64,000 bases of DNA, from contig OY968796.1 of assembly GCA_963695545.1 (NCBI GenBank), positions 352,001-416,000 on the forward strand, in the 5' to 3' direction. How positions within the stretch are numbered: position 1 is the stretch's first letter; each line of letters starts with the position of its first letter. A program made the position numbers and the translations under genes. Shown here piece by piece: positions 40,869 to 51,200 of this stretch. The notes beneath the pieces are model-generated. The model saw only the letters and a list, made by a program, of their open reading frames with translations, had not been told where the DNA came from and ran no database searches. The DNA is from Terriglobia bacterium. GTDB taxonomy: Bacteria > Acidobacteriota > Terriglobia > Acidiferrales > UBA7541.

Positions 40869-43430
40869 GTGGATCATTTGTCGCGGCGGGGTGACCTTGT
40901 GAGAGATAAACGCTGTCCAATTGTCTCCGCGCTGGCATTTCTTCAACTCCTTGCGCTGGTCGTGCTCCTCATGAGTACTGCCAATTGGGGACGCGCTGAG
41001 CCCGCGCCGCAGGCGCAAACTCCGACTCCTACGGCGGTTCCCCCCGCCGCCCCAACTGCCGTCCCGACAAGTGTGCCCGCGACTCCGAGTGCAGCGGCGC
41101 CCGCTCCGATTTCATCGCCGACTTCCGCGCATGCGGCCGCTGTCTGGAGCGCGATCACCGATCCGGCGATGGACGCGGCGAAGACGACCGTAGCGGAGAA
41201 TCTGGTCCTGACGCGCGACCGCATCCGGATCACGCTGACGAAAGGCACGCTGGAATTTACGGCTCCCGTCGAAGGCAGACCATTCGGGGCGATCTTCCGC
41301 GGCCAGGGATTGGTCGAAATCGCTCCGCCGAACGCGATCGAGCAACAGCAACTGCACATGTATACGGGCCAGGACTCGCTGAGCATGACGTTCACCGATG
41401 GCGTGTTGTGGTTCACCGACAAAACGTACGACGAAATCGGGGCGGAAACGCGGTGGCGTTCGACGGGGGCGCCGGCAGATACGCTCTTCGCGGAGAGGAC
41501 GAAGCGGGAAGGCTCGCCGCGCGCGCTGCTACTCAAGGGAATTCTTTCGCTCGATCACGAACGAACGGCACTGTTTGAGGCCGACCTCAACACGGAACCC
41601 AAGGGCTGGATCCAAGTGAAAGATGACGCGCAGGAACCGGAAGAAATTTCGGCCGGGCGGTGGGTGCGTCCGTTCGGCGAATGGGAATTTGAAACCTGGA
41701 TGAGTTTCCCGGCGCGAAATCGGTCCGCTCAGGCGGCCTTCATGTATCCGCTGGGAAAAGCCGATTTCCACATAGCAAGTTACGAAATCGACGCGAGAGT
41801 GACGGGCGGGGCGGAACTTGAGGCGACGGTGCGTGCTCACCTTGATATGCAAGCCAGCGGCGAGAACGTGCTTTCCTTCGTATTGGACCCGCACTTGCGC
41901 GTCGATCGCGTCAGCGATGGCGAAGGCCGCGCCCTCGCATTTTTTCAACCGCCGGACCCGGGCCTGAAAGCCGCATTCGTAGACGATTATCTGGAGGTTG
42001 CGCTGGCCGAGGCGACGTCGTTCCATGCGGAGACGCTCGAGTTTCACTACGCGGGGAAGCATGTGGTCAGCAAGGTTGGGGGCGGAAACTTTTTCTGCGA
42101 AAGCTTCGGCTGGTATCCGGCGATCGAGAATTTTTTCGCAACGCGCAGCAATTTCGATTTGACGTTCCGGTCGTCGAAGGGCTACACCCTGGTGGCAACG
42201 GGCGACAAATTAAGCGAGAGCCTCGAAGGGGGCACGCTGGTGACCACGTGGAAGAGCGACCCGGCGATCTCGGCGGCGGGATTCGCATTTGGCGATTACA
42301 AGGTCGAAGAGCAGAAGGCGGGCAGCACGAGCATCGACGTATACGCGAACAGGAATCCCGACGATGTTTTCGCGGAGATCAGGGCTGAAAATCCGGACGC
42401 GCCGATCGGAACACTGAGCCCGGCGGAGATGTCGAAAAACATGGGTATTGAGCTGGGAAATATGGTTCGGCTCTTCGAGATCTATTACGGCCCCTATCCC
42501 TATCACTCTTTGGCGCTCACGAACATTCCGGGCGATTACGGCCAGGGCTGGCCCGGGTTGATCTATTTGTCCTCGATTTCCTTTATGGATCAGACGCAGC
42601 AGGTGGCCCTGGGCATCGACATACACGACCTGATCTGGTTGAGCGACTATTGGCGCGGCCACGAAACCTCGCACCAGTGGTGGGGCCAAGAGGTCGGATG
42701 GAAGAGTTACCACGATCAGTGGCTTTCGGAGGGATTCGCGCAATTCTCCGGCAATCTTTACGTCGAGACCCGCGAAGGCCAAAAGCAATATCTGCAGCGC
42801 CTTCAGGAAGACCGCGATCAATTGCTCGCAAAAGACCTGCGCGGACACACCTACGAATCGCTGGGACCGATTTGGCTGGGTGTGCGCGTGGCGCCGACGG
42901 ACGAACCCAGCGCATACCAGACCGTGGTTTACAACAAGGGCGGCTACGTGCTGCATATGTTGCGCATGATGCTCTACGATCCAACGCAAAAGGATCCCGA
43001 TGCGGCGTTCAAGGCGATGATGCAGGACTACACCCAGACGTACGCCAACAAGGCGGCTTCCACGGAGGATTTCAAGGCCATCGTCGAAAAACACATGGTC
43101 GCTCACATGGATCTCGACGGCAATCACCAAATGAACTGGTTTTTCAATCAATACGTTTATGGAACGGGAGTGCCAGAATACCGCTTCAACTACTCAGCGT
43201 CTCCGGCGAGCGACGGCAAGGTGAAGGTTTCCGTGACTGTTGACCGCACCGGCGTCCCCAATGGATGGGAAGACACACTCCCCATTTATTTTTACCGCGG
43301 CGGCAAACCGTTGCTCCTCGGTTGGATGGCCGTACGTGGCGAGCGCGGAACGCTGGATTTCGAGCTTCCCTTCCCGCCGGAAAAGCTCGCGCTCAACGCC
43401 AACGACGACATTTTGGCGCTCATCAAGTAA
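40869..43430 (+). CDS. Secreted M1-family (gluzincin) aminopeptidase-like protein
   Basis: HETSHQWWG-x-WLSEGFA (HExxH-x18-E), VYNKG; signal peptide plus P/T/A linker; start uncertain. Confidence 0.85.
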   Translation: MDHLSRRGDLVRDKRCPIVSALAFLQLLALVVLLMSTANWGRAEPAPQAQTPTPTAVPPAAPTAVPTSVPATPSAAAPAPISSPTSAHAAAVWSAITDPAMDAAKTTVAENLVLTRDRIRITLTKGTLEFTAPVEGRPFGAIFRGQGLVEIAPPNAIEQQQLHMYTGQDSLSMTFTDGVLWFTDKTYDEIGAETRWRSTGAPADTLFAERTKREGSPRALLLKGILSLDHERTALFEADLNTEPKGWIQVKDDAQEPEEISAGRWVRPFGEWEFETWMSFPARNRSAQAAFMYPLGKADFHIASYEIDARVTGGAELEATVRAHLDMQASGENVLSFVLDPHLRVDRVSDGEGRALAFFQPPDPGLKAAFVDDYLEVALAEATSFHAETLEFHYAGKHVVSKVGGGNFFCESFGWYPAIENFFATRSNFDLTFRSSKGYTLVATGDKLSESLEGGTLVTTWKSDPAISAAGFAFGDYKVEEQKAGSTSIDVYANRNPDDVFAEIRAENPDAPIGTLSPAEMSKNMGIELGNMVRLFEIYYGPYPYHSLALTNIPGDYGQGWPGLIYLSSISFMDQTQQVALGIDIHDLIWLSDYWRGHETSHQWWGQEVGWKSYHDQWLSEGFAQFSGNLYVETREGQKQYLQRLQEDRDQLLAKDLRGHTYESLGPIWLGVRVAPTDEPSAYQTVVYNKGGYVLHMLRMMLYDPTQKDPDAAFKAMMQDYTQTYANKAASTEDFKAIVEKHMVAHMDLDGNHQMNWFFNQYVYGTGVPEYRFNYSASPASDGKVKVSVTVDRTGVPNGWEDTLPIYFYRGGKPLLLGWMAVRGERGTLDFELPFPPEKLALNANDDILALIK

Positions 43431-43538
43431 CGGATCGCGGTAAGCTTGGCCGAAACGCATTGCAATCGAAACAATCGGCGCGTGACGTAAGATTAGAACA
43501 GGGCGAGTGCCACCGCCCGGGCGGAGGATGCCATCGCG

Positions 43539-43745
43539 ATGTTCGAGCCGGGACAATCTGTGCGCGTGAATCTGGCGGGGATGCAGGTGGGCGAGGTGCT
43601 CTTCCACCAAGCTGTTACCGCGGCGGTGGGAAAAATCGTGCGGCGCACTTCGGACGACCCGCCGAAATATCTGGTGCGCTTGCTGTTCAGTTTTCGCGGC
43701 GTGAACGAGGTCGAGGTGCCCGAGGATCGCATTCTTGCATCGTAA
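43539..43745 (+). CDS. Small hypothetical protein (possible SH3/KOW-like beta barrel)
   Basis: GGAGGA RBS; FEPGQSVRV...GKIV...YLVRL...EVEV pattern; host-like codon usage. Confidence 0.65.
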   Translation: MFEPGQSVRVNLAGMQVGEVLFHQAVTAAVGKIVRRTSDDPPKYLVRLLFSFRGVNEVEVPEDRILAS

Positions 43746-43832
43746 ACTGGCGCGAGCGGCGCGTGATAAAATGGGTTCTGCACGAGGCTTCGCCCGGTTA
43801 GAGTCGCTGGAACCGCGCTTGGGTATACGAGC

Positions 43833-44699
43833 ATGATTCATCGCTACATTCACCACAACGGCAGCATGCAGCCGATCGACGAGACGCGGCTTTCGCCGGG
43901 ACAAGCCGGCTTGCTCGCCGGTTGGGGAATTTTCACCACGCTGCGCGTTTTTCACGGCGTGCCGTTTGCGTTTGAGCGTCACTGGCGTCGATTGTCGCGC
44001 GATGCGGCGCGCATACGGCTTCCCTTTCCATTCGATCCTGACCGCGTGCGCGCGCAAGTGATGGAACTGGTGCGCGCAAACGAAGTCGCCGAAGGCACGG
44101 CGCGCATTTACGCGATCTACAACAAGGTTGGTTTCTGGCAAAGCGACGAGCCCGCGCCTCAGGTGGACCTGCTGCTCTACACCGCCGGCTTGCCGCCGCA
44201 CCACGAGCCGGGACGCCTCGATCTGCATGAGCAAGGCCGCCACGCCGCTTCGCCGCTGGCCGGCGTGAAGGTCACTTCGTGGCTGAACAACGTGTGGAAT
44301 TTGGCCGTCGCGCAGGAACGCGGCTTCAATGAAGTGGTGCTGCTGAATGAGCGCGGCGAAGTGGCGGAATGCACCGCCGCGAATATTTTCTGCGTGCGCA
44401 GCGGGACGGTGGTAACGCCGCCGCTTTCTTCCGGCTGCCTCGAAGGAGTCACTCGAGGATTATTGCTCGAGCTCGCGCCGCCGGTGGGCGTGCCGATGGT
44501 TGAGCGCACGCTGCAGCCCGAAGATCTATTTTCCGCCGACGAAGTATTCATCACCTCGACGAACCGCAGTCTGCTGGGCATCGGCGAAATCGCGGGGCAC
44601 AACTACGCCGCGGCGCCCGGACCGATCACGCAGAAATTGGAAAAGATGTTCGTGGCGTACATGAACGACTACGTCGCGCAGCACGCCGTCGCGCGCTAG
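43833..44699 (+). CDS. Class IV PLP aminotransferase (IlvE/PabC/D-amino-acid aminotransferase-like)
   Basis: GIFTTLR, HWRRL, VAECTAANIF, CLEGVTR, ADEVFITST. Confidence 0.9.
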   Translation: MIHRYIHHNGSMQPIDETRLSPGQAGLLAGWGIFTTLRVFHGVPFAFERHWRRLSRDAARIRLPFPFDPDRVRAQVMELVRANEVAEGTARIYAIYNKVGFWQSDEPAPQVDLLLYTAGLPPHHEPGRLDLHEQGRHAASPLAGVKVTSWLNNVWNLAVAQERGFNEVVLLNERGEVAECTAANIFCVRSGTVVTPPLSSGCLEGVTRGLLLELAPPVGVPMVERTLQPEDLFSADEVFITSTNRSLLGIGEIAGHNYAAAPGPITQKLEKMFVAYMNDYVAQHAVAR

Positions 44700-44745
44700 C
44701 GTTCGCCCGCGCCACTCCGAAGATCGTGGCGCGGGCTTCGCGAAT

Positions 44746-44991
44746 CTAAAGTTGCTTCCGCAGATATTCAAAGACTACGTAGCCAATCAGCGCGGCAGCG
44801 ACGGCAATCGTGAAATTGGTGATCGAGAAAACGTCCTTGACGGCGAACGTCAGGCTCTTTCCGTGGCCATTTGTTTGAGTGAATTCGCCCATTAAGAGGT
44901 TGGAATAAAACAGGAAAACGATAAAACTGACCTCAACGATGGCCCTCGAAATCGGATGCGGTTTTCCAGGCTCGTTGAAATTTGAAGGCAT
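44746..44991 (-). CDS. Small two-TM membrane protein
   Basis: FIVFLFYSNLLMGEF...IGYVVFEYLRKQL; two hydrophobic helices. Confidence 0.65.
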   Translation of the reverse strand: MPSNFNEPGKPHPISRAIVEVSFIVFLFYSNLLMGEFTQTNGHGKSLTFAVKDVFSITNFTIAVAAALIGYVVFEYLRKQL

Positions 44992-45127
44992 CGCTGGACT
45001 ATAGCAAGAAACTATTTGCGAAGCACCGATCCATGATCCCGCCCGGCCAAATGGAACCATCCGCAGCCGCCGCGCGTCCATTATGCAGATGCGGCCACGA
45101 TGCCGCTCCAGTCTAGGAGAACAACGA

Positions 45128-45526
45128 ATGAAACGTAATATTTTGGCTCTCGCAAGCGTGCTGGCCCTGACGCTGGCATTCGGATTCGCGGCTCGCGCGC
45201 AGGATCAACCTGCAAACGCGAATGTTGCTGGCGCATGGCAAATCACCTGGCAGGGACGCAACGGCACAGTTACAAATACGCTCACCTTCACGCAGGACGG
45301 CGCCACGCTGACCGGAACCATGCACGGCGATCGCGGCGACGCGCCCGTGAACGGCACGATCACTGGCAGCGCGATCGACTTCACCATAAAGCGCTCCACG
45401 CCGAACGGCGATTTCACCAGCGAATACAAGGGTACGGTGACCGGCGACACGATCAAGGGAACCGTGATGATGGGGCAGAACTCGCGCGATTGGTCCGCTA
45501 CGCGGCAAAAAGCCAGCGCCCAATAA
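45128..45526 (+). CDS. Secreted small beta-barrel protein, paralog 1
   Basis: AGGAG RBS, signal peptide (AARA), ANVAGAWQ...QDGATLTG...GDTIKGT...WSATRQ. Confidence 0.75.
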   Translation: MKRNILALASVLALTLAFGFAARAQDQPANANVAGAWQITWQGRNGTVTNTLTFTQDGATLTGTMHGDRGDAPVNGTITGSAIDFTIKRSTPNGDFTSEYKGTVTGDTIKGTVMMGQNSRDWSATRQKASAQ

Positions 45527-45531
45527 ATTCG

Positions 45532-45939
45532 ATGCGAAACAATAAGCTTAGCCGGCGCGCGCAATTCGCCGGCGCCGTGATCTCGCTCGCACTGCTGGCC
45601 GCGTTTGCGCCGGTGGTGCGCTCGGACGACACGCCCGCAAACGTCGCCGGCACGTGGCAGTTCTCCGCCGATTCGTCTCAGGGCACCTTCAACGCGACGC
45701 TCACCATTCAACAAGATGGCGGCACGATCAAAGGCACGCAAAAATCTGATTTCGGCGACGCCGCGATCACTGGTACGGTTAAAGGAAACGCGATCCAATT
45801 CACCGTAACCGTGAATTCATCCAACGGTTCGTTCACCGTGGACCACGAAGGCACGGTGACGGGCGACACAATGAAGGGAACGTTTAAGATCAACGATAGC
45901 TCGGGAAGTTGGTCGGCGACGCGCCAGAATCAGAAGTAG
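45532..45939 (+). CDS. Secreted small beta-barrel protein, paralog 2
   Basis: Signal peptide, ANVAGTWQ...QDGGTIKG...GDTMKGT...WSATRQ. Confidence 0.75.
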   Translation: MRNNKLSRRAQFAGAVISLALLAAFAPVVRSDDTPANVAGTWQFSADSSQGTFNATLTIQQDGGTIKGTQKSDFGDAAITGTVKGNAIQFTVTVNSSNGSFTVDHEGTVTGDTMKGTFKINDSSGSWSATRQNQK

Positions 45940-46074
45940 TGCGCGGCGAGATTGCTGCGTGGCGGCGGGCCGCCTCTGCTCCGGCGCCAGCCCGCCCGCT
46001 TCCGCTCTCTTGACCTCATCATTAATTGAATGATTGAATAGACGATCGCGCTGCCGCCGAGCGCGACGATTCCC

Positions 46075-46446
46075 ATGCGCACGACGAACTCTGCCCTCGA
46101 TCACTCCGAACGCCACGGCGCCCGCGCCAAGCACGCGCTGCGTTTGTGCCTCGCCGCGATCCTGACTGTCGCCTGTCTGCTCGCGCCAATTTCCAATTAC
46201 GCGGTGACGGTGAAACACCAGGCGACCGGCACGATCCAGTCGCGCACCCCGTCGACGATCGTGATGCTCAAACAATTCGGAAAGCACACCTCGCAGTGGG
46301 ATTTCGTTCTGACGCACGACACGCAGATTCCCGAAGGCGTTGCCAAGGGCGCTCGCGTGACGATCTACTATCACGACGACAACGGCAAGCGCGTCGCCGA
46401 CCGCATCAAAGTGATTTCCACCACGCCCCAAAAGAAAGCTGGCTAG
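46075..46446 (+). CDS. Secreted hypothetical protein (small OB-fold-like)
   Basis: Signal peptide; ATGTI...FVLTHDT...KGARVTIYY...VADRIKV. Confidence 0.6.
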   Translation: MRTTNSALDHSERHGARAKHALRLCLAAILTVACLLAPISNYAVTVKHQATGTIQSRTPSTIVMLKQFGKHTSQWDFVLTHDTQIPEGVAKGARVTIYYHDDNGKRVADRIKVISTTPQKKAG

Positions 46447-46507
46447 CCCGCGCCCGCGGTCACGCGCGCCCCCTCGCGTGGTAGAATTCCGTCACGGACC
46501 GAGTCCT

Positions 46508-48199
46508 ATGCCCGACGCCACCTCTCCCAGCGAGGCCGTGCTCGAAGTCGTCGCTCCCGACGGCAGCCGCCGCATTTTTCCCATCACGCACACGCCGTTT
46601 CTGATCGGCCGCGGCGCGGAAACCAATAACGATCTTCAACTGCCCGATCTGCGCATCTCGCGCCAGTGCGCCGCGCTCGTGGAGGAAAATGGCGTTCTCA
46701 TGCTCGAAGACCGCGGGCATCGCCGCGGCCTCTACGTGAACGGCCAGAGAATCGAGCGCAGCCCTCTGAAAGAAGGCGATGCAATCAATTTCGGTCTCGA
46801 CGATTCCTTCGAGATTATTTTCCACGCCAGCTCCGCAGCCCTGCCCGATCTGCTCTCGCGCATGGAGAGCCTCTCGAACACCGGCAGCGTTGGCGGCACC
46901 GGCGGCCTGCGCAAGCTGAGTCTGCTGCTTGAAGCCACGGCGCTGCTGCATTCGCAACTCCCGCTCGACGCCATCCTGGGCAACATGGTTGACCACGCCA
47001 TTTCGCTCACCGGCGCCGACCGCGGCCTGCTCGTCGAACGGGGCGCCGACAACGTGATGCGCGTGCGACTCGCGCGCCAGCGCGGCGGCAAGGCGCTCGA
47101 AACCGAAGGCCTCGAACCCACGCAGACCGCCATTCGCTATGCGCTCGAACAGAAACGCGCCGTGATCACGGAAGATCTTGAGCAAGGGCACAGCGATTTC
47201 AAAGCGGCCAAGAGCATCATCGCGCAGCGGCTGCGATCGCTGGTGGTGATTCCGCTTTACGCATTCGCGCAGCGCCGCGAGGGCACACTGCCCGGCGATG
47301 AAGTGCGCGGCGAATTGCTCGGCGTGCTCTATCTTGACAGCACGCGCCCGGCAGGATTTTCCACGCTCGAGCGCCAAATTCTCGACGCGCTCGCCGTCGA
47401 AGCCGCAAGCGTGATGGACAACGCGCGCATGGTCGAACGCGAGCGCGAACGCGAACGAATGGAGCAGGAACTCGGCATCGCGCGCGAAATTCAGCAAGCG
47501 CTGCTGCCGCGCGAATTTCAAACCGGCGCGCATCTCCAACTTTCCGGCATGAATCAATCCTGCCTCACGGTCGGCGGCGATTATTTCGACGTGATGGAAC
47601 TTGGCCCCGGCCGCACCGCGTTTCTGATCGCCGACGTCTCCGGCAAAGGACTCGGCGCCGCACTCCTGACCACCATGTTGCAAGGCGCGTTTTCCGGCAT
47701 GGCCATTCACCAGCCGCCCGCCGACGTTTTCGGCCACATCAATAATTTCTTGTGCAGCCACTCGCGCCTGGAGCGCTACGCCACCGTTTTCTTCGCCATC
47801 CTGAGCGAAGATGGGCGCCTCGATTACATCAACGCCGGACATCCTTCGCCCGCGCTGCTGCGCGAAGGGCGCGCGGAAATGCCTTTCGCCGCAGAATCGT
47901 TTCCCGTCGGCCTGATTCCCGACGCGGTGTACAAAGTGGAAACTCGCCAGCTTGAGGCCGGCGACACGCTCGTGCTGTTCAGCGACGGCGTCACCGAAGC
48001 CATGGATCCCGACGACAACGAGTTCGGAAACGCGCGCCTGATACAAGCGCTCGAAGCGCAGCGGCGCGAGGCCGTTGAAGATGTGCAGGCCGACGTGCTC
48101 GCCGCCGTCAGCGCATTCGCGCGCGGCGCAAGCCAGCGCGACGACATCACGCTCGTCGTCGCTCGCTATTGCGGCGCGCGCCAGGCCGCCCAGGCGTGA
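46508..48199 (+). CDS. FHA-GAF-SpoIIE (PP2C) phosphatase
   Basis: IGRG...ISRQ...YVNG (FHA); GVLYLDS (GAF); AREIQQALLP, VGGDYFD, ADVSGKG, FSDGVTEA, DDIT (RsbU-type PP2C). Confidence 0.92.
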   Translation: MPDATSPSEAVLEVVAPDGSRRIFPITHTPFLIGRGAETNNDLQLPDLRISRQCAALVEENGVLMLEDRGHRRGLYVNGQRIERSPLKEGDAINFGLDDSFEIIFHASSAALPDLLSRMESLSNTGSVGGTGGLRKLSLLLEATALLHSQLPLDAILGNMVDHAISLTGADRGLLVERGADNVMRVRLARQRGGKALETEGLEPTQTAIRYALEQKRAVITEDLEQGHSDFKAAKSIIAQRLRSLVVIPLYAFAQRREGTLPGDEVRGELLGVLYLDSTRPAGFSTLERQILDALAVEAASVMDNARMVERERERERMEQELGIAREIQQALLPREFQTGAHLQLSGMNQSCLTVGGDYFDVMELGPGRTAFLIADVSGKGLGAALLTTMLQGAFSGMAIHQPPADVFGHINNFLCSHSRLERYATVFFAILSEDGRLDYINAGHPSPALLREGRAEMPFAAESFPVGLIPDAVYKVETRQLEAGDTLVLFSDGVTEAMDPDDNEFGNARLIQALEAQRREAVEDVQADVLAAVSAFARGASQRDDITLVVARYCGARQAAQA

Positions 48200-48232
48200 G
48201 CGGCACGCGACGCGCCACGCACGATCTCCAAA

Positions 48233-51200
48233 TTATTTTTGCGGTGTAACCGGAATGGTCTGCGGCGCGAGATTCCATCCGCGAATCGCGATTTGCGCCG
48301 CGCCGTGCGCCGCCGTCGGCGGAAACTCGATCTCGATGTCGCGCGTTTCTCCCGGCAGAAGCGATACGTAATTGTCGCTGAAGTACGCGGGCAAAATGCG
48401 CGAGCCATCGGCGGCATTCAGCAGCGTCAATTTATTTGCCAGCGCGACGGTGTTTCCGCCGTTGCGCAACTCGACGTGAACGTGAACGGCATCGCCGCCT
48501 GCGCTTGAAGCCGAAGTCGCGGTGGCCGAAAGGGCCGCGGCCGGCAGCCGGTTCAATTCGCGATACGACGAACTTTCCGCGCCAATCCAGTAAAGATTGT
48601 CGGACAACAATTCCCCTGACGCGCTACGCAATTCCAGCTTGATCAGCACGACGCCATTCGCCAGCAACGGTGCGACATCCAGCGCGAATCCGTGCGTCAC
48701 GGAATCCGCGGCCAAGTCGGCCTTTTCCTCGTGGTGCAGCAAAAGCTTGTTGTCGAGCGAAAAAACATTCGCGCTCACGGTCACGCCCGCGAGCGAACCG
48801 GTTGTGGTATTCACCGCATCCACGTTGTAATTCGATAGGTCCAGCTGCACATGCACCGGCTCGCACGCTTTTTTCACGCCGTAATAAGAAGCCTGCGTAT
48901 CGTAATCCGAACTCAAAATCTGCCACATCGTGCTGGGCCACGCGGGCTGCGTCATCCACAGCAGGCGTCCCGAGTTCGGCGCCCACAGGTGCGCGTTCAT
49001 GCCCTCAAAAATCGCGCGGTGATCCACGTAGTTCAGCATTTGCGCCTTGCGCTCGAAATCTTCCAGGGTCGTCGCCGCGCCGAATTCCGCTTCGATCTGC
49101 GCCATGAAGGGCGCCACGTCGCCATTGCCGCTCTGGTGCCAATCGTGATACGCCCACACGTCGTCGATCGGCCATTGATCGGCCGCCGGAATCCACGCGC
49201 GAAAAGATTCCAACGTGGACATCGACGGCGTCCCGGTCTCCATGGAAAATCCGAGATTGAGTTTCGTGTAGTAGAGCGCCGGATCCTGATAGCGATACGG
49301 TCCGCTGTTCTGAAGATTGATGCGATTCGAGCTGGGCGAGTAGTAACGCGTGCCGTCGAGCGTGCGCACCAAATCCGCCAGCCCTTCGTTGATCGTTGGT
49401 TGCGGAACGCCTTCGTTTCGCCCGCACCACACCACGATCGACGGGTGATTGCGAAAACGCTGGATGGTGTCGCGCGCGTTCGCGAGAAATAGCGCGGGAT
49501 CTTCGGCTTCGGCGTTGGAATTTTGCGTCGATTCCCAGAAATCGTTCCAGACCATCAATCCATATTCGTCGGCGAGATCGTAAAAAACTTCCTCCGTGCT
49601 CTGTCCTTGCCAATTGCGAATGATGTTCAGATTGGCGTCGCGATGGAGACGGAAGAAAGGCTCGAGACGCGCGCGCGAAACGCGTTTGCGCGCGTCGTCC
49701 ATGCCCCAATTGCCGCCACGGCACGCAATGCGCACGCCGTTCACCTTGATCACCAGATACGGCGCCGCGCCCGCGTCGCCAAGCATGTGGACGGAGGGAG
49801 AAGATTCGCTGCCCGCCGCGAGCGATGCGACCCAACCGTCCGAATAACCGCGCGCCGCCGCGGGATCGGCGGGAGCGGGCGATCCGGCCGCGGCTGCAAA
49901 CTGAAACGCGGGATTGGCAATCGGAATTTCGCGAATTCCGGCGTGAGTGATGTCGACAACTTCTCCATTTTCGGCGCGCGCGTCGGTGGGAGAAAATTCC
50001 ACGCGGCGCAAATGCCCCGTGTTATCGAGCAAACTGAGTTCGTAGGTGATTTCGCGAATTCCGAAACGCAGGTGCTTCGTGGCCGATACTTCGTCTCCCT
50101 CGATGAAGCTCAATGTCAAATCGTAAAGCTCGGGTTTGCCGTAGCCATTCGGCCACCACAGTCGTGGATGCTGCACCGTCAACTGCGAGAACTCCGCGGG
50201 AGTCAGCTTCACCGTCGATTCGCCCGGAGGCAGCACGATATCTTTTTTCGACACGGCGGTTTGATCGAACGAAGCGTCAAGCGTTCCGTGAACCGGCGCG
50301 GCCGAAAGATTTTCGAGCGGCACGCTGATTTCGACGTCGGCTCGGCTGGTGTCCGGCAGCGGCAGTGATGTGACGACTTGGGGATCGCCGATTCTCACCG
50401 CGCCGGTCGCCGTCAGGGTCACCGGCTGCCAAATCCCTGTATCCCGATCGCGAATCCCCGGAACCCAATCCCATCCTTCGGTGGCCATGAACGTCGGCCC
50501 GTCGAGGCACATGATTCCGCCGTTCTCGCCCGGTCCGCCCTTGATGGATTGCTCGTTGGGAATACCCGGATGCGGTGGCGGCGAAACGCGCACCGCGAGA
50601 ACATTTTCGCTTGCGGGCTTCAGAATATCGGTGACGTCGAAGACGCCGCGGATGAACGCCCCCGTGATCGTGCCGAGAAATTTTCCGTTCAGCCACACGG
50701 CAGCTTTGTAATTGATGCCGTGAAACGTCAGCGTGAGCCGCCGGCCGGCAATTTCTTTCGGCGCGGCGAACTTCGCGCGATACCAATAATCCTGCTTGTT
50801 CAGCGATTCCGGAATCGCGAGATTGTTCAGGCCGTAGTCCGGATCGGGATAAACGCCGCGATCCACAAATGTCGTAAGCACGGTTCCCGGCACCGTCGCC
50901 GGCAGCCAATCGCTGGAATTGAATTGCGCGCCGGAAATTTCAGGTCCATCGGCGTTTACTTCCGGCGCGGGCCGCAGCGTCCATCCGCCTGCAATCGCCC
51001 ACTGATTTTCGCCATCCGCTTCGAGCGCGGCGCGTGATGCCGGGAGACTTCGCGCGACGGGCTTGCCGAAGGGCGCCTTGCTCACAGGCATCTCGTCCGG
51101 GCTCTGTGGAGCGTCGTAGCCGATCCGCTCGCGTGTCTGAACCGGCCAGGGCTTCGACGCTTCTTCAAAGTCGACAATCGAAAAATCCGGAATCTGCTCC

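Noticed and set aside
46460..48046. 528-aa minus-strand ORF
   Set aside because: Antisense shadow of the FHA-GAF-PP2C gene
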